A stretch of DNA of 64,000 nt, from NCBI GenBank assembly GCA_964275345.1, contig CAXYBK010000003.1, positions 334,797 to 398,796 on the forward strand, given 5' to 3'. Both the position numbers and the translations under genes were made by a program. Below the pieces are notes generated by a model. The model was not told where the DNA came from. It saw only the letters and a program-made list of their open reading frames with translations, and ran no database searches. Positions 48,440 to 59,765 of this stretch are shown in pieces (position 1 is the stretch's first letter; each line of letters opens with the position of its first letter). This DNA comes from an uncultured SAR86 cluster bacterium. Lineage in GTDB: Bacteria > Pseudomonadota > Gammaproteobacteria > Magnimaribacterales > D2472.

Positions 48440-50187
48440 TGGATGTTACTCAACTAACCTATCTATTTGTTGGCCTATCATTTGCTTTGTATATTGGAAT
48501 AGCTATTTGGTCTCGAGCAAAATCTACTAATGACTTTTATGTTGCTGGCAAGGGTGTTCACCCTGTTGCTAATGGAATGGCAACAGCAGCAGATTGGATG
48601 TCAGCAGCTTCGTTTATTTCTATGGCTGGACTTATCGCTTTTCTTGGAAAAGATGGTTCTGTTTATTTGATGGGATGGACAGGGGGATATGTTGTTCTTG
48701 CATTATTGTTGGCTCCATACCTTAGAAAATTTGGACAATACACTGTTCCAGATTTTATAGGCGAAAGATATTACTCAAAAACAGCTCGCTTGGTAGCAGT
48801 GGTATGTCTTATTTTTGTATCTTTTACATATGTAGCTGGTCAGATGCGTGGAGTTGGAATTGTTTTCTCTAGATTTTTAGAGGTAGACATTAATATTGGT
48901 GTGATTATTGGAATGGTTATTGTTTTCTTCTATGCAGTACTGGGAGGGATGAAAGGCATAACCTATACTCAGGTTGCTCAATACTGTGTTTTAATTTTTG
49001 CCTATTTAGTTCCAGCTATTTTCATTTCTATTCTTATAACCGGCAATCCTGTTCCTCAATTAGGTTTTGGAGATACTTTAGTAGGTACAGATATATATCT
49101 TCTTGATAAATTAGATCAAGTGACACAAGATTTAGGTTTTAATGCATACACAGAAAATATTAAAAGTAATATAGATATTTTTTGTATTACAGCAGCCTTA
49201 ATGTTCGGCACCGCTGGGTTGCCTCATGTTATTGTTCGATTCTTCACAGTTCCCAGAGTAAGAGATGCAAGAAAATCAGCAGGCTATGCTTTAATTTTTA
49301 TTGCTATTCTTTATACAACTGCTCCCGCTGTAGCAGCGTTCTCAAGAGTAAATTTTATAGACTCAATTCAAGATACAAGTTATGAATCATCGCCTGAATG
49401 GTTTAAAAATTGGGAGAGTGTTGGACTCATAGCGTGGCAAGATAAAAATGCAGATGGAGTTATTCAGTATTCTGCAGGAGAGGCCTTGAAAGGAGGTCGT
49501 CCAAAATATACTTCTGAACGTGGAGAATATGGAGAAAGAAAATTACAAAATGAATCCAATAACTCAAATGTTAATGAAGTTTATATAGACAGAGACATTA
49601 TGGTTCTAGCTAATCCTGAAATTGCAAAATTGCCTGCATGGGTTATAGCTTTAGTTGCAGCTGGCGGACTTGCTGCTGCCCTATCAACTGCTGCTGGTTT
49701 ATTGCTAGTAATATCATCGTCAATCTCACATGATCTTCTTAAAAAAACTTTCAGGCCAGACATTACAGAAAAACAAGAATTATTTTATGCAAGATGTGCA
49801 GCTGCAGTAGCTATTTTTATAGCAGGATTATTTGGGATATATCCACCAGCCTTTGTAGCTCAGGTTGTTGCATTTGCTTTCGGTTTAGCAGCTTCAACTT
49901 TTTTCCCAGTTCTTTTTATGGGCATATTCTCAAAAAGACTTAATAAAGAAGGAGCAATTGCTGGAATGATTTCTGGTTTATTGTTTACACTTACCTATAT
50001 TATTTATTTTAAATTTCTTTATACCAATTTAAACAATGCAGATTATTGGTTTTTATCTATTTCTCCTGAAGGCATAGGTTTTGTAGGAATGATTATTAAT
50101 TTTGCGGTTGCTATTGTTGTTTCTGCTTATACGAAACCTCCTCCAAAAGAGGTCATAGAAATGATAGAAATAATTAGACAGCCTTAA
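48439..50187 (+). CDS. sodium:solute symporter family transporter (VC_2705/ActP-like)
   Basis: 582 aa with about 13-14 TM helices and an SSS signature region (..GGMKGITYTQVAQY..). Confidence 0.85.
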   Translation: MDVTQLTYLFVGLSFALYIGIAIWSRAKSTNDFYVAGKGVHPVANGMATAADWMSAASFISMAGLIAFLGKDGSVYLMGWTGGYVVLALLLAPYLRKFGQYTVPDFIGERYYSKTARLVAVVCLIFVSFTYVAGQMRGVGIVFSRFLEVDINIGVIIGMVIVFFYAVLGGMKGITYTQVAQYCVLIFAYLVPAIFISILITGNPVPQLGFGDTLVGTDIYLLDKLDQVTQDLGFNAYTENIKSNIDIFCITAALMFGTAGLPHVIVRFFTVPRVRDARKSAGYALIFIAILYTTAPAVAAFSRVNFIDSIQDTSYESSPEWFKNWESVGLIAWQDKNADGVIQYSAGEALKGGRPKYTSERGEYGERKLQNESNNSNVNEVYIDRDIMVLANPEIAKLPAWVIALVAAGGLAAALSTAAGLLLVISSSISHDLLKKTFRPDITEKQELFYARCAAAVAIFIAGLFGIYPPAFVAQVVAFAFGLAASTFFPVLFMGIFSKRLNKEGAIAGMISGLLFTLTYIIYFKFLYTNLNNADYWFLSISPEGIGFVGMIINFAVAIVVSAYTKPPPKEVIEMIEIIRQP

Positions 50188-50199
50188 ACAGGAACAAAT

Positions 50200-50991
50200 A
50201 TGAAATATTTAGTAACATTTATCTTATCTTTTAGCTTTTCTCAGGTTCAATCCGAACCATTAGATTTCTTAGAAGCCGAAGTATTATCATTAAAAGACTC
50301 AAATCCTGAAAGAATTCTTTTTGTAGGAAATAGTTACCTTTACTATAACGATAGTCTGCACAACCATGTCAGAAGGATGGCAGAAGAAATGAATCCTGAA
50401 AGAAAAGATTCCTTTGGCTATAAATCTGCCACTATAGGCGGCTCGCGTCTATCCCATCACAATTTAGAGCATTTATTAGAATCAAAGAATATTGGCATTG
50501 ATGAAAGTTTTCAATTAGTAATTTTGCAAGGTGGAAGTGGGGAAGTTTTGGATGAAGAATCAAGAAAGTCTTTTAACCTTAATGCAAAAAAGATGATTGA
50601 ACAGATAGAGAATAGCGGCGCTGAAGCATTGCTTTATATGATCCATGCCTATGTACCTCCTCATGAATTGTATGATCCTAAGATGATAGAGAAAATTAGG
50701 TACACCTACTTAAAAGCAGCAAATGATTACGATGCAATGGTTGCGCCAATTGGAATAGCTTACATGAATGCTTACAAGGCAAACCCTGACATTAAACTTC
50801 ACAAATTTTTTGACGGCACTCACCCCAATATTCTCGGCACATATTTATCAGCATGTGTTCTGTATGCGACCATATTTAAAAAACCATCATCAGAAGTTCA
50901 ATATAATTATTTTGGCGCTATTAGCAATGAAGATCAAAAATTCCTTCAAAAGATTGCTGATGAGACTGTGAAAGAATTCTTTAAGAGATAA
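50200..50991 (+). CDS. secreted SGNH/GDSL-like hydrolase-fold protein
   Basis: Signal peptide, block I-like FVGNSY, and block V-like DGTHP. Confidence 0.5.
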   Translation: MKYLVTFILSFSFSQVQSEPLDFLEAEVLSLKDSNPERILFVGNSYLYYNDSLHNHVRRMAEEMNPERKDSFGYKSATIGGSRLSHHNLEHLLESKNIGIDESFQLVILQGGSGEVLDEESRKSFNLNAKKMIEQIENSGAEALLYMIHAYVPPHELYDPKMIEKIRYTYLKAANDYDAMVAPIGIAYMNAYKANPDIKLHKFFDGTHPNILGTYLSACVLYATIFKKPSSEVQYNYFGAISNEDQKFLQKIADETVKEFFKR

Positions 50992-51052
50992 TATTAAAAA
51001 AACGAGTGTATAAAAATTTTGCTATATAAATAATGTTTAGTATGATCAACAT

Positions 51053-51535
51053 ATGAAAGTTGCTATATATCCAGGTTCGTTTGATCCAATTACCTTTGGT
51101 CATATGGATATTATTGAAAGAGCTTGTGGTATCTTTGATAAGGTTATACTTGCTGTCGCTCAAAGTGAATCTAAAAAACCTCTTTTTACACTTGAAGAAA
51201 GACTTGGGCTAACTAAGTCTATTTATTCTGATCACCCAAAAATAGAAACAGTAAGTTTTTCAAGAAAATTAACTGTTGAATTAGCAAGAGAATATCAAGC
51301 TTGTGCGATTATAAGGGGTCTGAGAGCGGTAGCAGATTTTGAGTATGAATTTCAACTTGCTACTATGAATAGATCTTTAGCTCCTGACATTGAAAGCATC
51401 TTCTTAACACCTAAAGACACATTAATTTATGTTTCTTCAAGTCTCGTAAAAGAAATTGCTGAATTGAAAGGAGATGTATCTAGATTTGTTCACCCAAATA
51501 TTGATCAAGCCCTTAAAGCAAAACTTCTTGTCTAA
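51053..51535 (+). CDS. coaD: phosphopantetheine adenylyltransferase
   Basis: 160 aa with YPGSFDPITFGH (HxGH class) and an ISSS.VKE motif. Confidence 0.95.
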   Translation: MKVAIYPGSFDPITFGHMDIIERACGIFDKVILAVAQSESKKPLFTLEERLGLTKSIYSDHPKIETVSFSRKLTVELAREYQACAIIRGLRAVADFEYEFQLATMNRSLAPDIESIFLTPKDTLIYVSSSLVKEIAELKGDVSRFVHPNIDQALKAKLLV

Positions 51536-52341
51536 TTCTGACAATTATTACAAAAATAGGATGCTCTTTGATTTTGGATAATCCGGATTATTAAATTTTT
51601 ACATTTAACACATTCTTTATTTTCTCTGTCATAAACATTAAGCTGAATTTTAAAATAGCCAGCCGACCCCTCAGCTGAAAAAAAATCTTTTAGAGTTGTT
51701 CCACCAACTTTTATAGCCTCCTTTAAGACAATTTCAGCGTTTTTAGTAATTTGGCCACACTCATTTTTAGTAACCGTATTGCTAATTCTTCTTGGATCTA
51801 GAGCAGATCTAAATAATATTTCTGAAGCATAAATATTTCCAATACCCACTACATTTTTTTGATTCATAATGAAGTTTTTTATATTGGTCTTTGAGACTTG
51901 AACAGCTTCATACAAATAATCAGCTGAGAATTCTTTTGATAAAGGTTCAGGCCCAAGATTTTTTATTAAGAAATGTTCTTTATAGTTTTTAGTAATATGA
52001 ATAGAGCCAAATCTTCGCGGGTCGTTATAAATTAATTTATTTTTGCTAAATGTTAATTCAGCATGATCATGCTTTTTAAAAAAATTATCTTTTTTATTCA
52101 TTATCCTTAAAGTACCTGACATACCTAAATGAACTATTAACTGATAATCATTGAAATCAAATATTAAATACTTAGCTCTTCTTAGTATTTGTCTTATTTT
52201 TTTCCCTGCTATTTTTTTATTGATATTATTATCAACTAACCATCTAAGATTTGGGTTGTGAATGCTTATAGAATTTAAAACCTTTTTCTCAAAAGATTTA
52301 ATTGCTTTTAGTGTTGTTTCTACCTCAGGTAGCTCAGGCAT
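51532..52341 (-). CDS. mutM: formamidopyrimidine-DNA glycosylase
   Basis: N-terminal MPELPEVE, H2TH region, and C-terminal zinc finger C..C....R.SYFC..CQ. Confidence 0.93.
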   Translation of the reverse strand: MPELPEVETTLKAIKSFEKKVLNSISIHNPNLRWLVDNNINKKIAGKKIRQILRRAKYLIFDFNDYQLIVHLGMSGTLRIMNKKDNFFKKHDHAELTFSKNKLIYNDPRRFGSIHITKNYKEHFLIKNLGPEPLSKEFSADYLYEAVQVSKTNIKNFIMNQKNVVGIGNIYASEILFRSALDPRRISNTVTKNECGQITKNAEIVLKEAIKVGGTTLKDFFSAEGSAGYFKIQLNVYDRENKECVKCKNLIIRIIQNQRASYFCNNCQN

Positions 52342-53666
52342 TAATTAAGAAAATTATTTATATCAGCAATATTTTCAGGTTCTAAGTTTCCAGCAGAAAG
52401 GCCTAATCTTAAGTTAGCAAGAATATAATCATATTTAGCATTAGCTAGATTTCTTTCAGCACTATATAGATTCTTTTCTGATTGAAGTAAATCTACTATA
52501 TTTCTGGTACCAACTTCATAGCCTACTTTTGTTGCTTCCAGTGCACTTGTTGCAGAAACAACAGCTTGTTCTTGTGCATTAACATTTGCAACTAAAGTTA
52601 TTACATTTGAATATTGTGATCTAACTTCCTGAATAACAGATCTTTCAATAAAAAGAGTATCTTCAATAGTTTTATCATAATCTGCATATGCTCTTTTTCT
52701 TCTTGAATTAACAGCGCCACCCTGAAAGATTGGCATACTCAATTGGATTCCATAAGATCGTCTTTCGGTTTCACTAGGAACAGTAAGTATTAGTCCACCT
52801 GTATCTATATCATCATACCTGTACTGATTTGTTTCTGATTTAGATATATTTCCAACAATATCTAATTTTGGCAGATGATCAGATGCCGCACTTCTTGCAG
52901 AATTTTTTGACGCATCTCTTCTTAGTCTTGCAGCTTTTAATCGATAATTATTTTCAATAGCTAGATTAACCCAATCTTGTTTTGATGCTGGGAAAGGATT
53001 TACAACAGGCAAATCATTACCTAAAGCGTCGATACTATAAACCTCTCTTCCTATAAGAGCATTTAAAGCTTCTCTTGCTGAGAAAACTGCGCCCTCAGTC
53101 CTTATCCTTGAAGCCAAACTTAAATCATATGCTAATTGAGCTTCTTGCACTCCTGTAATAGCAGATAGACCAACTTCAAACCTTTGTTGAGCTTGATCAA
53201 GTTGTTTTTTAATAGCTTTTTCTTCTGATTTAGCAGCATTAAGATTATCAACAGCTCGTAATACCCCAAAGTATAATTCTGCAGTTCTAACAACTAAGTT
53301 TTGCTGCTCATAACCAAAATCAGCTTCAGCTGCATTGGTTAGGGATTGAGATCTTTTATATTGAAACCATGTATCTAGTCTTATTAATGGTTGGCTTAAT
53401 CGTGCAGAAGAAGAAAAACTATTATATTCGTTACTTAAAATTCCGCCTTGGTAGGATTCATTCCAGTTGGTGCTTCCACTGATTGTAACACTTGGCATCA
53501 AACCAGCTCTGCCTTGGACAACTATCTCTTTGCCAGATAAAAGAGAATATTCTGCAGCTCGATACTGAGGATCATTTTCTAAAGCTTCATTATAAATATC
53601 AATTATATTTTCAGATGTAACGATTCCTGAAACTACAAGAAGGGATGTAAGAATTAAGTTTTTCAT
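52341..53666 (-). CDS. tolC: TolC-family outer-membrane channel
   Basis: 441 aa with signal peptide and two OEP repeats (YNEAL..DPQY.., long coiled-coil segments). Confidence 0.88.
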   Translation of the reverse strand: MKNLILTSLLVVSGIVTSENIIDIYNEALENDPQYRAAEYSLLSGKEIVVQGRAGLMPSVTISGSTNWNESYQGGILSNEYNSFSSSARLSQPLIRLDTWFQYKRSQSLTNAAEADFGYEQQNLVVRTAELYFGVLRAVDNLNAAKSEEKAIKKQLDQAQQRFEVGLSAITGVQEAQLAYDLSLASRIRTEGAVFSAREALNALIGREVYSIDALGNDLPVVNPFPASKQDWVNLAIENNYRLKAARLRRDASKNSARSAASDHLPKLDIVGNISKSETNQYRYDDIDTGGLILTVPSETERRSYGIQLSMPIFQGGAVNSRRKRAYADYDKTIEDTLFIERSVIQEVRSQYSNVITLVANVNAQEQAVVSATSALEATKVGYEVGTRNIVDLLQSEKNLYSAERNLANAKYDYILANLRLGLSAGNLEPENIADINNFLN

Positions 53667-53924
53667 ATTTGTACTATTTTAATATATGTAAAGTAAACTT
53701 GTCATTATTTTATTTGATGTTTACAGTGTTAACATTTAACACCTTTTGACTATAGATTGTCAATAAAGGCTTTTTTCAAGATATCTTTTACTAAAAAGGT
53801 AAGAATTAATACTAATTATTAAAAGTTATTTACTGATCTTAGAGTAGAATATCATCAATAAGTTCAATCAATTAAATTATGATTCAAACAGAACAAGTTT
53901 CACTAACATACAAGGTAAAGTAAG

Positions 53925-55817
53925 TTGAGTAAAAGTTCATATGATTCTAAAGCCATCGAAGTTTTATCAGGCTTAGATCCAGTAAGAAAAAGACCTGGAA
54001 TGTACACGGATACAAGTTGTCCAAACCACCTCATTCAAGAAGTCTTGGATAATTCAGTAGATGAAGCTTTATCTGGCCATTGCTCCAAGATAAAAATAAC
54101 TTTATGTAAAGATGGTTTTATTCAAATTACTGATGACGGAAGAGGGATGCCAGTAGATATTCATCCTGAGCATAAGGTTTCCGGAGTGGAGCTTATTATG
54201 TGCAAGCTTCATGCTGGCGCTAAATTTTCAGGCAAGGAATATAATTTCTCAGGTGGCTTGCATGGAGTAGGAGTATCTGTGGTAAATGCATTATCAGCTG
54301 AACTTGAAGTTAAAATAAGAAGAGATTCAAAAGAATTTCAAATTGATTTTGCAGATGGAGAAAAAACTAAAGAACTTCATCAAATTGGTGAAGTGGGAGT
54401 CCAAAATTCTGGAACAACTATAAGGTTTCTTCCAAATAGTAGTTATTTTGAATCAGATAAAATACAGAAAAAACATCTCAAACACTTATTAAAAGCTAAA
54501 GCTGTTTTGTGTCCAGGACTTCAGATAGACTTTTTAGACGAAAAAAAATCAGAAAAAATTAGATGGCTATATGAAGATGGTTTAAGCAGCTATTTATCTG
54601 AATCATCTTTAGATGTGGATTTATTAATAGATGAATCTATTATTTGTTCGAAATCTTCAGATGCCCAAGAGGTAGAATTTGCAATAAATTGGTCAAAAAA
54701 TCCTAGAAAAGAGTTATTGAATGAGACATACGTTAATTTAATTCCAACCCTACAAGGAGGATCTCACTTTAACGGTTTTAAGTCTGGTTTATTGGAAGCT
54801 TTAAAAGAATTTTGTGAGTATAGAAACTTATTACCTAAAGGATTAAAAATAGTTGCAGATGATGTCATCAGCAATTCAATTTTTGTAATTTCTTCAAAAC
54901 TTCAGAATCCTCAATTTGCTGGGCAGACTAAAGAAAGATTAGATTCAAAAGATCATATGTCCTTTGTAAGTTCAGTTACCAAGGATGTATTGAGTATTTG
55001 GTTTAACAAGCATACTGAGGAAGGTGAAAAAATAGCTGAATTAGCTATTAACTCTGCTCAACTAAGAGCAAAAGCCTCAAAAACTGTTGAAAGAAAAAAA
55101 TCATTTAAAGGCCCAGCTCTCCCAGGAAAATTATCAGATTGCAATAGCGAAGATCTTAATAAAACTGAATTATTTTTAGTAGAAGGCGATTCAGCTGGAG
55201 GATCAGCAAAGCAAGCCAGAGAAAGATCTTTTCAAGCAATCATGCCTTTAAGAGGAAAGATCTTAAACACCTGGGAATTAGAAAGTGCAGAAATAATTAA
55301 ATCTCAAGAGATTAAGAATCTTTCTACAGCTATAGGAGTACTTCCTGGAAACCCAGATATTAGCGCTCTTAGGTATGGAAAAATTTGTATATTAGCTGAT
55401 GCTGATTCTGATGGTTTACATATAGCAACATTATTATGTGCACTATTTTTACAGCACTACAAGCCTCTTGTTCAAGAGGGAAGAATATATGTTTCGATGC
55501 CGCCTTTATACAGAATTGATTGCGCTAAAGAGGTTTTTTATGCCCTTGATGACTCTCAAAGAGATACTATAGTAAAAGACTTAAAATCTAGAAAAGGGAA
55601 ACCTAAAATTAATATTCAAAGATTTAAAGGGCTTGGAGAAATGAACCCATCACAATTGCGAGAAACTGTAATGGATCCTGCAACAAGACAATTAGTCAGT
55701 CTAACCATTTCACCAAATGATAATGCAAATTCAGTTATGGATTTACTATTAGCAAAGAAAAGAGCTCCTGATAGAAAAGAGTGGCTTGAAAAAAAAGGAA
55801 GCCTAGCAAAAGTTTAA
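53925..55817 (+). CDS. parE: DNA topoisomerase IV subunit B
   Basis: 630 aa (TTG start) with a GHKL ATPase ([17 protein letters not shown]), a Toprim domain ([17 protein letters not shown]) and length typical of ParE. It is followed by parC. Confidence 0.92.
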   Translation: MSKSSYDSKAIEVLSGLDPVRKRPGMYTDTSCPNHLIQEVLDNSVDEALSGHCSKIKITLCKDGFIQITDDGRGMPVDIHPEHKVSGVELIMCKLHAGAKFSGKEYNFSGGLHGVGVSVVNALSAELEVKIRRDSKEFQIDFADGEKTKELHQIGEVGVQNSGTTIRFLPNSSYFESDKIQKKHLKHLLKAKAVLCPGLQIDFLDEKKSEKIRWLYEDGLSSYLSESSLDVDLLIDESIICSKSSDAQEVEFAINWSKNPRKELLNETYVNLIPTLQGGSHFNGFKSGLLEALKEFCEYRNLLPKGLKIVADDVISNSIFVISSKLQNPQFAGQTKERLDSKDHMSFVSSVTKDVLSIWFNKHTEEGEKIAELAINSAQLRAKASKTVERKKSFKGPALPGKLSDCNSEDLNKTELFLVEGDSAGGSAKQARERSFQAIMPLRGKILNTWELESAEIIKSQEIKNLSTAIGVLPGNPDISALRYGKICILADADSDGLHIATLLCALFLQHYKPLVQEGRIYVSMPPLYRIDCAKEVFYALDDSQRDTIVKDLKSRKGKPKINIQRFKGLGEMNPSQLRETVMDPATRQLVSLTISPNDNANSVMDLLLAKKRAPDRKEWLEKKGSLAKV

Positions 55818-55821
55818 AACT

Positions 55822-58083
55822 ATGAAAGCAGAAGACAAGAATCAATCAATAAGCTTAAAAAAGTATGCAGAAGAGTCGTACCTTAATTATGCTATGTACG
55901 TCATCTTGGATAGAGCTCTTCCTAATATAGGTGATGGACTCAAGCCGGTACAAAGAAGAATACTTTATGCCATGTCAGAGCTTGGTCTTAATTCGGGAGC
56001 AAAATATAAAAAATCGGCTAGAACAGTTGGTGATGTAATTGGAAAATTTCATCCTCATGGAGACAGCGCAGCTTATGAGGCTATGGTATTGATGGCACAA
56101 AATTTTTCATTTAGATATCCATTGGTAGATGGTCAAGGCAATTGGGGCTCTCAAGATGATCCTAAATCTTTTGCTGCAATGAGATATACAGAATCAAAAC
56201 TTACTAAGTTTGCTAGTTTATTGCTCGAAGAACTAAAATTTGGAACAGTTGATTGGCAACCTAATTTTGACGGCTCGCTTTTAGAACCAATAATTTTTCC
56301 AGCAAAAGTACCCTCAATTCTTTTAAATGGGACTTCTGGTATTGCTGTCGGCATGGCAACAGACATCCCTTCTCACAATCTAAACGAAGTCATAGATGCA
56401 ACTGTTCATATGCTAGAGAATCCCTCTGCAGATTTAACAGCAATCTTAAAGCATATTAAAGGACCAGACTTTTCTAACGGAGCCAAATTAATCGTTAGCG
56501 ACGAAGAGTTAAATGAAATTTATACGACTGGAAAAGGTGGTTATAAAATTCAAGCCAAATGGACTAAAGAAGATAATCAAATCATTATCAATGCTCTTCC
56601 TTATCAAGCTTCAGGTGCAAAAATATTAGAACAAATTGCAGACCAAATGCAAAATAAAAAAATTCCAATGGTTGTTGATCTAACTGACGAAGGTGATCAC
56701 GAGGAACCAATAAGACTTGCTATCACCATGAAATCAAATAGAGTAAATCCTGATGATCTAATGAATCATCTTTTTGCATCTACAGACCTCCAAAAAAGTT
56801 ATAGAGCCAATATGAACCTTATTTCACTCAAAGGTGGCCCAAAAGTTTTTTCACTTGTTGAGCTAATAAAAGAGTGGCTTGTTTTTAGAAAGAATACTGT
56901 TACAAGAAAATTAGAGCACAGGCTTGATCAAGTAAATGACAGACTTCATATAGTTGAAGGTCTTCTTATCGTTTACCTTGATTTAGATATGGTAATAAAG
57001 ATTATTCGCGAGTCTGATGAACCAAAACCAGAAATTATTAAATACTTTAAGATTTCTGAGATTCAAGCTAATGCAATTTTAGAAATTAAACTAAGACAAC
57101 TAGCTAAATTAGAGCAAATTAAATTAGAAGAAGAAAAGTCTATGTTAGTAGATGAGCAGAAAGAAATTGAAAAGATCCTTGGCTCATCAAGCAGATTAAA
57201 AACTTTAATTAAAAAAGAGCTTTTAGAAATTAAAGCTGAGTATGGCGATGATAGAAACTCTCCTATTGAAGCATCATCTAGTGCAAAAGTTTTTTCTGAG
57301 GAAGAGACTCTTGTAACTGAGCCTATTACAGTTATTTTATCTTCAGCTGGCTGGATAAGAAGTGCCAAAGGCCATGAAATTGATCCTACATCATTGAATT
57401 ATCGTGGCGATGATTCTTTACAAGACTTCTGCAGAGGTCGAAATAATCAAAATGCAGTTTTTTTAGATTCTCAAGGAAAAGCATATTCTATAGCGGGGCA
57501 TACGCTTCCATCTGCTCGAGGTCTTGGAGATCCAATCACTGGAAGAGTTTCTGCAGATTCTGGTGTAGAGTTCATGTCAACACTAATTGGAAATGAAGAA
57601 GAGAAATTTATGATAACTAATTCAGCCGGCTATGGTTATGTATCTGAATTTAAAAATATGGTCTCCTCAAAAAAATCAGGCAAAGCATTTATGAAACTTC
57701 CACAAGGAGCCAAGATGCTTAAGGCATTAAAGGTAGAAGATGATCATAGGTTTATAGTTGCAGCTTCAAATATAGGAAGGCTTCTCATTTTCCCTTTATC
57801 AGAATTACCAATACTACCGAAGGGCAAAGGTAATAAAGTTGTAAATATTCCTAAAGTAAAGTTTGAATCTGGTGAGGAGTTTATGAGTCACATAGCTCTT
57901 CTAGCTGACACAAGCAGCTTAAGAATAGAGAGTGGAAAAAGATTTTTAACTTTAAAGATAAAGGATCTTGAAAACTACATTTCTTCTCGAGCAAAAAGAG
58001 GAAATATGCTCCCTCAAGGCTATAGAAAAGTTGATTCTATGTCAGAAGAAATAGATTCTAAGCTTTCTGAAGTTGAGCAATAG
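55822..58083 (+). CDS. parC: DNA topoisomerase IV subunit A
   Basis: 753 aa with the active-site region AAMRYTE and [12 protein letters not shown]. Confidence 0.92.
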   Translation: MKAEDKNQSISLKKYAEESYLNYAMYVILDRALPNIGDGLKPVQRRILYAMSELGLNSGAKYKKSARTVGDVIGKFHPHGDSAAYEAMVLMAQNFSFRYPLVDGQGNWGSQDDPKSFAAMRYTESKLTKFASLLLEELKFGTVDWQPNFDGSLLEPIIFPAKVPSILLNGTSGIAVGMATDIPSHNLNEVIDATVHMLENPSADLTAILKHIKGPDFSNGAKLIVSDEELNEIYTTGKGGYKIQAKWTKEDNQIIINALPYQASGAKILEQIADQMQNKKIPMVVDLTDEGDHEEPIRLAITMKSNRVNPDDLMNHLFASTDLQKSYRANMNLISLKGGPKVFSLVELIKEWLVFRKNTVTRKLEHRLDQVNDRLHIVEGLLIVYLDLDMVIKIIRESDEPKPEIIKYFKISEIQANAILEIKLRQLAKLEQIKLEEEKSMLVDEQKEIEKILGSSSRLKTLIKKELLEIKAEYGDDRNSPIEASSSAKVFSEEETLVTEPITVILSSAGWIRSAKGHEIDPTSLNYRGDDSLQDFCRGRNNQNAVFLDSQGKAYSIAGHTLPSARGLGDPITGRVSADSGVEFMSTLIGNEEEKFMITNSAGYGYVSEFKNMVSSKKSGKAFMKLPQGAKMLKALKVEDDHRFIVAASNIGRLLIFPLSELPILPKGKGNKVVNIPKVKFESGEEFMSHIALLADTSSLRIESGKRFLTLKIKDLENYISSRAKRGNMLPQGYRKVDSMSEEIDSKLSEVEQ

Positions 58084-59260
58084 ACTTTTCTAAAATATCT
58101 AACCCAGAATTAATTAATTTATCTTCAATGATTAGGCTTGGAGCAATTCTAATAGTATTGTTATTTGCTTTAAGAACCATTAAACCATTCTTATAACACT
58201 GTTGAAGAACTGTATCTAAATTAACTGAATCAGTAACATTTAATTTACATCCAATCCAAAGACCAGCAGTATTAATTCTTTCAAAACATTTTAGATTTGC
58301 ATTTATCATATTTAATTTTTTTATAAATATTTTTTCTTTTTTCTTAACATTTGCTAGCAGTCTTTTTTTAGAAATAGTATTTATTACTTCAAGAGCAATA
58401 GAGCATGCTAACGGGTTTCCACCATAGGTGGTTCCATGAGTTCCAACTTGCATAGATTCTGCGATATGATTTTTTGTAAGAATAGCGCCAATAGGAAATC
58501 CATTTCCTAAACCTTTTGCAGAGGTTACGATATCTGGCTTTATATTAAATTGTTCATAAGCAAATAAAGTACCAGTTCTTCCTACTCCTGACTGAACTTC
58601 GTCAATAATAATAAGGGCATTATTTTCTTTGCAAAGTTTTTTTATTCTAGCTATAAAAGGTTTCTTAGCTTTAATTATCCCTGCCTCACCTTGAACTAGT
58701 TCAATTACAACTGCTGCAGTTTTTTTATTAATTATTTTTTCTAGGCCTTCAATTTCATTGTAAGGATGATGATTTATACCTGCTGGCATAGGTCCAAAAC
58801 CATTAATCATTCTGTCTGAACCATTTAATGCAATTGTCATCATAGTTCTTCCATGAAATGCATCAGCAAAGGCTACTATTTCATTTTTACTCTTTCCATA
58901 TTTTAAGTTTGCATATTTTCTTGCTGTCTTCACAGCAGCTTCCATTGCTTCAGCACCTGAATTTGCAAAAAAAACCTTATCAGCAAAGGTATGTTTGCAA
59001 AGTGTTTTAGCTAAATTTAGAGCTGGAGCATTAGTCATAGCATTTGATAAGTGCCAAACCTTTTTTGATTGTTCATTTAGTACTTTCACTAGAGGAGGGT
59101 AGCAATGACCAAGATTTGTAACAGCTATTCCTGATGCAAAGTCTATGTATTTTTTATTTTTACTATCCCAAACAATTGATCCTTTCCCCTTAACTGGAAT
59201 AAAATGAGCCGGATTATATACAGGCATCATATAATCATTGAATTGTTTTCTTGTAACCAT
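58058..59260 (-). CDS. argD: acetylornithine/succinyldiaminopimelate aminotransferase (class III)
   Basis: 400 aa, collinear with E. coli ArgD ([47 protein letters not shown]). Confidence 0.88.
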   Translation of the reverse strand: MVTRKQFNDYMMPVYNPAHFIPVKGKGSIVWDSKNKKYIDFASGIAVTNLGHCYPPLVKVLNEQSKKVWHLSNAMTNAPALNLAKTLCKHTFADKVFFANSGAEAMEAAVKTARKYANLKYGKSKNEIVAFADAFHGRTMMTIALNGSDRMINGFGPMPAGINHHPYNEIEGLEKIINKKTAAVVIELVQGEAGIIKAKKPFIARIKKLCKENNALIIIDEVQSGVGRTGTLFAYEQFNIKPDIVTSAKGLGNGFPIGAILTKNHIAESMQVGTHGTTYGGNPLACSIALEVINTISKKRLLANVKKKEKIFIKKLNMINANLKCFERINTAGLWIGCKLNVTDSVNLDTVLQQCYKNGLMVLKANNNTIRIAPSLIIEDKLINSGLDILEKSIAQLQKA

Positions 59261-59273
59261 ATCTAAATTATAC

Positions 59274-59765
59274 GTGATTTCAGTAAAAAAAATTAACGAA
59301 AAAAACTTTGAAATATTAATTAAACCTAATAGTTCTCTAAATGGATGGCAAAGAGTATTTTTTCTTCTAAGTATCTTTATATTATGTGGAGGTATAGCTG
59401 TAATATTTTACTTTGTGGGTGCAACCATGATCTTACCTTTTGCAGGTATTGAGCTAGCAGCGGTTTTCTTGGCCTTTTATTTAAACTTTAAGTGGAGTGA
59501 ACAAAAAGAACTAGTAACTTTATCTTTAGATCATGTTGTTGTAGAAAAGGGGCGTAATCAAAAAGAATATACATGGAAAGAATTTAGAACATTCACGGCT
59601 TTTGAGATAAATAAAAATAAAAAAGATGAAATTAATCTTGGTTTTAAATCAAAAGGCCAAGCGGTATTAATTGGTGACTTTCTTAATAATGATGATAAAG
59701 AAGAACTTCAATATCAAATATCACAAATTATTAATCACTTAAATACATTAAATCCAACGCTTTAA
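59274..59765 (+). CDS. DUF2244-like two-TM membrane protein
   Basis: Two TM helices followed by a soluble beta-rich domain. I chose the GTG at 59274 because the listed ATG (59238) overlaps the argD start. Family assignment is from memory. Confidence 0.45.
   Translation: MISVKKINEKNFEILIKPNSSLNGWQRVFFLLSIFILCGGIAVIFYFVGATMILPFAGIELAAVFLAFYLNFKWSEQKELVTLSLDHVVVEKGRNQKEYTWKEFRTFTAFEINKNKKDEINLGFKSKGQAVLIGDFLNNDDKEELQYQISQIINHLNTLNPTL

Noticed and set aside
53667-53924. Possible regulatory palindrome (GTGTTAACAT) or small ORF (MIQTEQVSLTYKVK) in the tolC/parE intergenic region
   Set aside because: The palindrome is short and AT-rich with no known consensus. The 14-codon ORF has no supporting signal.
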